A DNA stretch of 64,000 bases from a phage: assembly GCA_024683775.1 (NCBI GenBank), contig GCA_024683775.1_4106.1; one strand, 5' to 3'. Positions 58,908 through 64,000 of this stretch are shown piece by piece. The translations under genes and the position numbers were made by a program. The notes under the pieces are model-generated. The model did not search any database, had not been told where the DNA came from, and worked only from the letters and a program-made list of their open reading frames with translations. The first letter of the stretch is position 1; each line of letters starts with the position of its first letter.

Positions 58908-59462
58908 ATGATTACTTTTAAGAAAACTGCTAACCACATCCATGAGATCTACATTAACGGTCACAAAGCTGGCCTTCTTCGTTTACTCGCCCATCATCCG
59001 AATATTACCGTATCTGATAATGAACCTAAAGATTGGCGTGTATTTTTCTTTGGAAAGTACAGTGATTTTCAAGTATCAAACCTGAAGAACATTCGTTCAG
59101 TATGCACGTTAACTGAAATTAAAGAAAAGTTAACCAAAGCATTGAAAACTAATCCAGATAGTGTTCTTCCACCTGATAACTTTGTAGAGAAAGGATATGC
59201 CTTAGCTCATTTCAAAGATGGTACTATTCAATCTATCAGTACTGAATATGAATATCAATGGACTGAGTACTTCACTTATGGATCGCGTAATACATTGATG
59301 GCTTCACGTAGTAAATTGGAAGAAGTACTGACTCGTATGAATGAACGCGAGCGTCAATTTTATGACAAACCAGAAATGTGGAGTTCAACTTACATTGACC
59401 GTATTGACTATGTTATTATGACTCCAATCTTTGACACTGCTTACTATGATTCTTTGAAATAA
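58908..59462 (+). CDS. hypothetical protein
   Basis: 184 aa ORF with a GAGGAA RBS. Confidence 0.6.
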   Translation: MITFKKTANHIHEIYINGHKAGLLRLLAHHPNITVSDNEPKDWRVFFFGKYSDFQVSNLKNIRSVCTLTEIKEKLTKALKTNPDSVLPPDNFVEKGYALAHFKDGTIQSISTEYEYQWTEYFTYGSRNTLMASRSKLEEVLTRMNERERQFYDKPEMWSSTYIDRIDYVIMTPIFDTAYYDSLK

Positions 59463-59473
59463 GGATAACTTAT

Positions 59474-59650
59474 ATGAAACTACGTACTCGTAATCGACTG
59501 ATGGATGCACTGTACCATGAACAGCTTTCACTGAATGAAGTGAAGCGTCAGTTAATGTACACATATCTGTTACCCGCTCGCATTGCAAAACAACGTGCTA
59601 AAGAATTGCTGAAAGAAGCAATCGAGTACTGGGAATCTGATTCGTACTAA
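59474..59650 (+). CDS. 58-aa hypothetical protein (not in ORF track)
   Basis: AAGGA RBS upstream. Begins MKLRTRNRLMDALYHEQLSLNEVKRQL. Confidence 0.4.
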   Translation: MKLRTRNRLMDALYHEQLSLNEVKRQLMYTYLLPARIAKQRAKELLKEAIEYWESDSY

Positions 59651-59678
59651 TTGTCACGTTAATTAAGTGAGGCGATAA

Positions 59679-59930
59679 ATGAAAATTTTATTAGTTCTAA
59701 TACTACTAATTGTTTTACCATTTACGTTAGTATCCCCTGAACTTGCATGGAATGTGTTTGTGTACTTACTATGTACTATTGTAGTAAATGGTATCTTGTT
59801 CTTAGTTCTATTCATAAATGGAATAGGACACGGTGGAGGATGGACCAGTACTGCTGATATTGTACATAAAACCACTATGTCTTTATTTGTAGTGTGGAAT
59901 TTATTCTGGACTTGGTTTGTGTTCTTCTAA
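59679..59930 (+). CDS. small membrane protein (3 TM)
   Basis: Hydrophobic helices. GAGG RBS. Confidence 0.55.
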   Translation: MKILLVLILLIVLPFTLVSPELAWNVFVYLLCTIVVNGILFLVLFINGIGHGGGWTSTADIVHKTTMSLFVVWNLFWTWFVFF

Positions 59931-59939
59931 TTAAAAAAT

Positions 59940-60311
59940 ATGAATATAGATTTGAAAGGTGCAACCCGAACTGTCATACTCATTGGGGAATATGCTATCA
60001 AGATTCCAACCTTTAAAAGTTGGAAGCTATTCTTAACAGGGATGATAGCTAACCTCAATGAACGTTCTTGGATGCAGTACTCCAAGCGTAGTGATAGTGG
60101 TATCTGCCCTACGTTGTGGTCATCATGTACTGGACTAGTAACTGTACAGAAACGTTGTAAGCCAGTACAACATAGGGGTTTATTTTGGGTGGAGTTGTGT
60201 GCTTTAGCATTGGATTCAGAGTTGAGTACTGACTTCTTCTATTCAGATGCGAAGCCAGAAAACTTTGGGTATCTGGGTGGTAAGTTAGTTAAACTTGATT
60301 ATGGAGATTAA
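59940..60311 (+). CDS. mini protein-kinase-like protein (tentative)
   Basis: 'GEYAIKIP' is VAIK-like. 'NERSW' could supply the alpha-C Glu. 'SDAKPENFG' is a D-x-K-P-x-N catalytic loop. 'VKLDYGD' is DFG-like and sits at the very C-terminus. Confidence 0.45.
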   Translation: MNIDLKGATRTVILIGEYAIKIPTFKSWKLFLTGMIANLNERSWMQYSKRSDSGICPTLWSSCTGLVTVQKRCKPVQHRGLFWVELCALALDSELSTDFFYSDAKPENFGYLGGKLVKLDYGD

Positions 60312-60312
60312 T

Positions 60313-60600
60313 ATGTACGCACTGTATAATAAAGAAAAGAAACAATTTGCTAAGGTTGAAAAATCGATTGATACATTTGGCATGTTTAAGTACTGTATTG
60401 TGACGGACCCATATGCTAACTTGTATTACGTTCTTGATGACGTATCAGTACTGCAACGATTGCTTGAACGTTCCAAAAGCCAATGCCAAGGTATCCATGA
60501 TGGTTCAACTTATGAAACACCTGAGTGTTCCTATGGCTATCTGGATGGGTATGAGATTGTGAAGTTGGGTGCATTGTTGAATAAATGGATTAAACAATGA
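60313..60600 (+). CDS. hypothetical protein
   Basis: ATG at 60313 directly after the upstream stop. Confidence 0.5.
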   Translation: MYALYNKEKKQFAKVEKSIDTFGMFKYCIVTDPYANLYYVLDDVSVLQRLLERSKSQCQGIHDGSTYETPECSYGYLDGYEIVKLGALLNKWIKQ

Positions 60601-61010
60601 AGAAGTGTATCACGTGTAATATTGAAAAAGACATTAGTGAATTTGGTATAAGAAGTGATACTGGGAAACATAGAAATACATGCAAAGGTTGTAGTAATAT
60701 TACCAGTAAGAGAACCAGAAATAAAAAAACTGATGTAAAAACACTTGAAGAAATCAAAAGAAAAAATAAAGATTTCATGACCAGAGTTAAATCATTTTAT
60801 GGTTGTAGTGTTTGTATGATGAAGTATCCAGAATGTTTAGACTTTCACCATCTTGACCCTAATACCAAAGAACATACACCAAGTTCTATGTTCAGTAAAA
60901 GTCGAGAATCTATCAAAGATGAAATTCGAAAGTGTATGATTCTTTGTTCTAATCACCATCGCATGGTACATTCTGGTAGACTATGTTTGATTGAAAGAAA
61001 AAAGGGTTGA
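60597..61010 (+). CDS. HNH endonuclease
   Basis: 'CSVCMMKYPECLDFHHLDPNTKEH' and 'CSNHHRMVHSG'. The stop TGA lies inside the cassette TTGACT. Confidence 0.8.
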   Translation: MKKCITCNIEKDISEFGIRSDTGKHRNTCKGCSNITSKRTRNKKTDVKTLEEIKRKNKDFMTRVKSFYGCSVCMMKYPECLDFHHLDPNTKEHTPSSMFSKSRESIKDEIRKCMILCSNHHRMVHSGRLCLIERKKG

Positions 61011-61036
61011 CTTCGGTCAGCCCTTTTTGCTATAAT
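61004..61036 (+). promoter_or_regulatory. terminator/promoter cassette copy 7
   Basis: GGGTTGAC-TTCG-GTCAGCCC hairpin plus T-run. TTGACT at 61007-61012, 18 bp spacer, TATAAT at 61031-61036. Confidence 0.7.
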
Positions 61037-61064
61037 CATTTCATCGAAACGAGAGGATGAATAC

Positions 61065-61580
61065 ATGACACGCATTAACTTAGTACACGTTAAAGAACTT
61101 GCTGACCAACATCTGATGGCTGAATATCGTGAACTCCCACGTGTGTTTGGTGCTGTACAAAAACATGTTCAAGCACGTAAGCGAGTCCGTGATTTCAAAA
61201 TTAACAGTACTTACCTGTTAGGTTCAGGTCATGTAACATTCTTCTACAACAAGTTATTGTACTTACAGAAGCGTCATATTGATATTGTTAACGAATGTTT
61301 GCGTCGTGGGATGAAGATTCAAAACACTGAAGTAAACGACATTAGCGGATTCCCTACTGAGTTTTGTAATGACTACGTACCATCGGAGTCAGAGATTAAA
61401 ATGTCTCGTGAGCGTTTGATTGAGAAGCTACAGATGAAGCCTACGTGGTATAAGTTTACTGATGTTGAACGCCCACAGTACGTTAAAGATATGCAGGACG
61501 TAAGTAGTAATATAGAATCTAGTACTGATATGTTCGACGAAATTGAAGAACAAATCAAAGATGAAATGAATAATTATTAA
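61065..61580 (+). CDS. denV: pyrimidine-dimer DNA glycosylase / AP lyase (T4 endonuclease V homologue) with an acidic C-terminal extension
   Basis: The N-terminus '[31 protein letters not shown]' is nearly identical to T4 EndoV and keeps Thr2 and Glu23. Also has '[10 protein letters not shown]', 'ECLRRGM' and 'PTWYKF'. Confidence 0.9.
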   Translation: MTRINLVHVKELADQHLMAEYRELPRVFGAVQKHVQARKRVRDFKINSTYLLGSGHVTFFYNKLLYLQKRHIDIVNECLRRGMKIQNTEVNDISGFPTEFCNDYVPSESEIKMSRERLIEKLQMKPTWYKFTDVERPQYVKDMQDVSSNIESSTDMFDEIEEQIKDEMNNY

Positions 61581-61586
61581 AGGTAA

Positions 61587-61619
61587 GGGTTGACTTCGGT
61601 CAGCCCTTTTTGCTATAAT
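61587..61619 (+). promoter_or_regulatory. terminator/promoter cassette copy 8
   Basis: GGGTTGAC-TTCG-GTCAGCCC hairpin plus T-run. TTGACT at 61590-61595, 18 bp spacer, TATAAT at 61614-61619. Leader ATTTCATCAACTGATGAGG. Confidence 0.7.
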
Positions 61620-61647
61620 TATTTCATCAACTGATGAGGATAACGAA

Positions 61648-62418
61648 ATGACCAGAGAAGCCCGTAGCATTCAAATCCAGAAAAACTTCAACTCCATGAT
61701 GGTTGCTCTTGAGTGTTTGCTCGATGATAGCAGTACTGTAAAAAGTATGGTTGTCAGCGGTGCACCTGGTGTTGGTAAGACTTACACCCTGTCACAACGC
61801 CTCCAGAAAGCTCATGACGCAGCAGAATGGAACGTAGCTACTATCAGTGGTAAGATGACTACTCTTGCTCTGTATGAAGTTCTGTACAAGAATCGTCACA
61901 GCACCAACGTATTAGTACTGGATGATATGGACAGCATCTTTGATTCAGAAGACGGTATGAACCTGCTCAAAGCAGTACTGGACAGCGGTAAACGTACTGT
62001 GTCTTACATGACTAGCTCTAAGTACTTAACTACCAACGGTATCCCTAACAGCTTTGATTTTAACGGTCGTATCGTATTCATTACTAACAAAGATTTGGCA
62101 CTGAATGCTAAAGCTAAAACCAAAATGTCTGCTCACTATGCTGCTCTTATGTCTCGCTCTGTGTATGTTGACTTACAGATCCAGACTAAAAGCGATATCA
62201 TGATTCACATTGAAAACGTAATGAACAAGACCAACATCCTGTCAACTAAAGGTGTTAATAGTAATGGTAGCAAAGCAATCCTGAATTGGATGCTGAAACA
62301 TGAAGATGCACTTCGTGCTCCTTCACTGCGTATGCCTCTGTTGATTTCAGCAGTATACAACAACAACCCGTATGATTGGGAAGAGCAGTGCGAAAACTTG
62401 TTCCTTGAGAAAATTTAA
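61648..62418 (+). CDS. P-loop (AAA-like) ATPase
   Basis: Walker A 'SGAPGVGKTYTL' and Walker B 'VLVLDDMD'. Confidence 0.7.
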   Translation: MTREARSIQIQKNFNSMMVALECLLDDSSTVKSMVVSGAPGVGKTYTLSQRLQKAHDAAEWNVATISGKMTTLALYEVLYKNRHSTNVLVLDDMDSIFDSEDGMNLLKAVLDSGKRTVSYMTSSKYLTTNGIPNSFDFNGRIVFITNKDLALNAKAKTKMSAHYAALMSRSVYVDLQIQTKSDIMIHIENVMNKTNILSTKGVNSNGSKAILNWMLKHEDALRAPSLRMPLLISAVYNNNPYDWEEQCENLFLEKI

Positions 62419-62485
62419 TTACATGTATTGACAGTACTACCATAGTGTAGTACTATAACTTAATATTCACCACCGGAGATACGAT

Positions 62486-62824
62486 ATGCTTGAGTTTTTT
62501 AATTCAGATACAATGCTTAGTATTACTTTGATTTATCTGTTTGGTTTTTTCTTTTATCATGCACTAGTTGTAGTACTATGGTATTTTAAAAAGAAAATCG
62601 TTTTCAAACTGTATCCTGATGGAAACATTTCACTACTTCTTTTCACTATTATCCAAGGTATGTTTGCAATTGTTGGTCTTATCGCACACTTAATTTATTG
62701 TGCTAATCCACAGTTGAACTCAATATCACAATATATTGTATTCCTTGGATTACTAATTTGGGTGCTGATATACTTGTTTAATCTCATCATTAATGGTAGA
62801 GCAAAAATTCGTGGGGACTTCTAA
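62486..62824 (+). CDS. small 3-4 TM membrane protein family, array 2 copy 1
   Basis: Hydrophobic helices; C-terminus 'NGRAKIRGDF'. Confidence 0.6.
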   Translation: MLEFFNSDTMLSITLIYLFGFFFYHALVVVLWYFKKKIVFKLYPDGNISLLLFTIIQGMFAIVGLIAHLIYCANPQLNSISQYIVFLGLLIWVLIYLFNLIINGRAKIRGDF

Positions 62825-63171
62825 TGTTTGAATCTTATCTTGAGTTTTTAAAGAGTAGTTCTGTTGCACATTCAATTGCAGGGATTATTCTAACAGGTTA
62901 TGTAACATTTTGGGTAGTTATGTTTCTAGGATGGTATTTTAAACGACAATTCTATAAGCGTAATGGTGAAGATTTTATGAATTCTTTCATTAATCAATCG
63001 TTGTTTGCATCAACATTGATAGCATGTATTGTAGCAACACTCACAGGAAAGGTACTGCCAGCATTCTCCGCAGTTTACGGTACATTGGGTATGATATGTG
63101 TAGTTTTTTACTTGACCATTAAACTTTGTTGTGTTATGATTGAACTTCGAAACAAGATACCGGAGGAATGA
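62824..63171 (+). CDS. small 3-4 TM membrane protein family, array 2 copy 2
   Basis: C-terminus 'MIELRNKIPEE'. TAATG overlap upstream. Confidence 0.6.
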   Translation: MFESYLEFLKSSSVAHSIAGIILTGYVTFWVVMFLGWYFKRQFYKRNGEDFMNSFINQSLFASTLIACIVATLTGKVLPAFSAVYGTLGMICVVFYLTIKLCCVMIELRNKIPEE

Positions 63172-63506
63172 TGGAATATTTTTTACACTTACTGCCGTGG
63201 TATATGAAAGTTAGTACTATGTACTATATTCTTAGTGCTGGATTCTACTTTCTGATGTGGTTCTTCAAACGACCAATTTCAGTATTCATCTCTGATAACA
63301 TGCTGCAATTAAAATTACACGCATGGTTTGGTATGGCGATGTTCATGCCTATTATTCACTACTCAATGATTAGTAGAGGGTTCCGTTCCAATGGTGAACC
63401 AATTATATTAGTATTCTATTGGGGTTCAACTATTGCATATGTAAGTTTGTTGTTGTTCCCAGTCGTTCATAAATTACGTGCTAAAGTTCCTGATGCGAGG
63501 TACTAA
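63168..63506 (+). CDS. small 3-4 TM membrane protein family, array 2 copy 3
   Basis: C-terminus 'HKLRAKVPDARY'. ATGA overlap upstream. Confidence 0.6.
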   Translation: MMEYFLHLLPWYMKVSTMYYILSAGFYFLMWFFKRPISVFISDNMLQLKLHAWFGMAMFMPIIHYSMISRGFRSNGEPIILVFYWGSTIAYVSLLLFPVVHKLRAKVPDARY

Positions 63507-63820
63507 TGGATATCGTAACATTGATTTACACGCTTTATTCATTCTATTTTATTATGTGTTGGGTTGGATTTTTATTTGTATTGAAGATGTTTGATTATGT
63601 TGAAAAACAGATAAAAGAATTTTGTATTCCTTTTATTGGGTCAACCATAATTAGTATTACTTGTTTGTATTATTTGGTATGTGATCCACCTGTTAATACA
63701 GCAATGATTGACTTCATGTTATTACCAACAACTGTTATTTTTTTATGTAGTCTGATGCCACCGATTAGTCGTGGGCTAACCGAATTTAGACGCAATCAAA
63801 AGCGTAAACGAGGGATGTGA
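63506..63820 (+). CDS. small 3-4 TM membrane protein family, array 2 copy 4
   Basis: C-terminus 'LTEFRRNQKRKRGM'. TAATG overlap upstream. Confidence 0.55.
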   Translation: MDIVTLIYTLYSFYFIMCWVGFLFVLKMFDYVEKQIKEFCIPFIGSTIISITCLYYLVCDPPVNTAMIDFMLLPTTVIFLCSLMPPISRGLTEFRRNQKRKRGM

Positions 63821-64000
63821 TGGAAATTGCACTTATTATATTAACTGCTATGTTGTTTATTAGTACAATTGTTATTATTGGCAAGTTCTTCTGTGTATCC
63901 TTCTTGGAAACCGTATACGATGAAATTGCTGATGACTATGAATTACATGCAGGATTTTTTACTACGTATTGGATTAGTTTATTACTACTTATCACTGTAT
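63820..64000 (+). CDS. small membrane protein, array 2 copy 5; 3' end lies outside the window
   Basis: The ATG overlaps the upstream TGA. Begins 'MEIALIILTAMLFISTIVIIGKFF...'. No stop codon within the window. Confidence 0.5.
   Translation, partial: MEIALIILTAMLFISTIVIIGKFFCVSFLETVYDEIADDYELHAGFFTTYWISLLLLITV

Noticed and set aside
41120-61640. Could the repeated GGGTTGACTTCGGTCAGCCC hairpins be a CRISPR array or REP-like elements?
   Set aside because: The spacing is irregular and on a kilobase scale, with whole genes between copies. Every copy except the first (41120) carries a -35/-10 promoter pair and a T-run. They are regulatory cassettes, not CRISPR repeats.

Overview
AT-rich, very tightly packed, almost entirely plus-strand gene array typical of the early or accessory region of a large virulent phage, with some T4-superfamily-like traits. 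It holds about 150 mostly small ORFs, many translationally coupled through ATGA or TAATG overlaps, and many sigma70-type TTGACA/TATAAT promoters and hairpin plus T-run terminators.

Genes I can recognise:
- a T4 endonuclease V (denV) homologue
- an orphan C5 cytosine DNA methyltransferase
- a sigma-70 family factor
- five free-standing HNH-type homing endonuclease genes
- a DEDDh exonuclease
- a TelA-like fragment
- NADAR-like, HslV/proteasome-like, PD-(D/E)xK-like and mini-kinase-like proteins
- an AAA/P-loop ATPase
- two minus-strand late-type structural genes, one a beta-helix tailspike-like protein

There are three tRNA clusters. Several of their members are structurally atypical.

Most interesting observations:
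1. The palindrome AGTACT, often CAGTACTG, is several-fold over-represented in coding and non-coding DNA. It is largely missing from the putative mobile genes.
2. At least 22 paralogous ~120-190 aa proteins share an acidic-FQxS motif ([ST]EExx[FY][FM]QxS[TL][VI]). That is about one gene in seven.
3. Eight copies of a compact terminator/promoter/5'UTR cassette (GGGTTGAC-TTCG-GTCAGCCC-TTTTTGCTATAAT) resemble the PeSL shuffling cassettes of T4-type phages. Several ORFs take their stop codon from the -35 hexamer of the next promoter.
4. Several promoter-driven, highly structured non-coding regions of 70-500 nt and tRNA-like elements are present.
5. There are expanded families of small multi-TM membrane proteins and of Cys-bracketed secreted proteins.

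All functional calls come from motif recognition by eye. No database search was possible.
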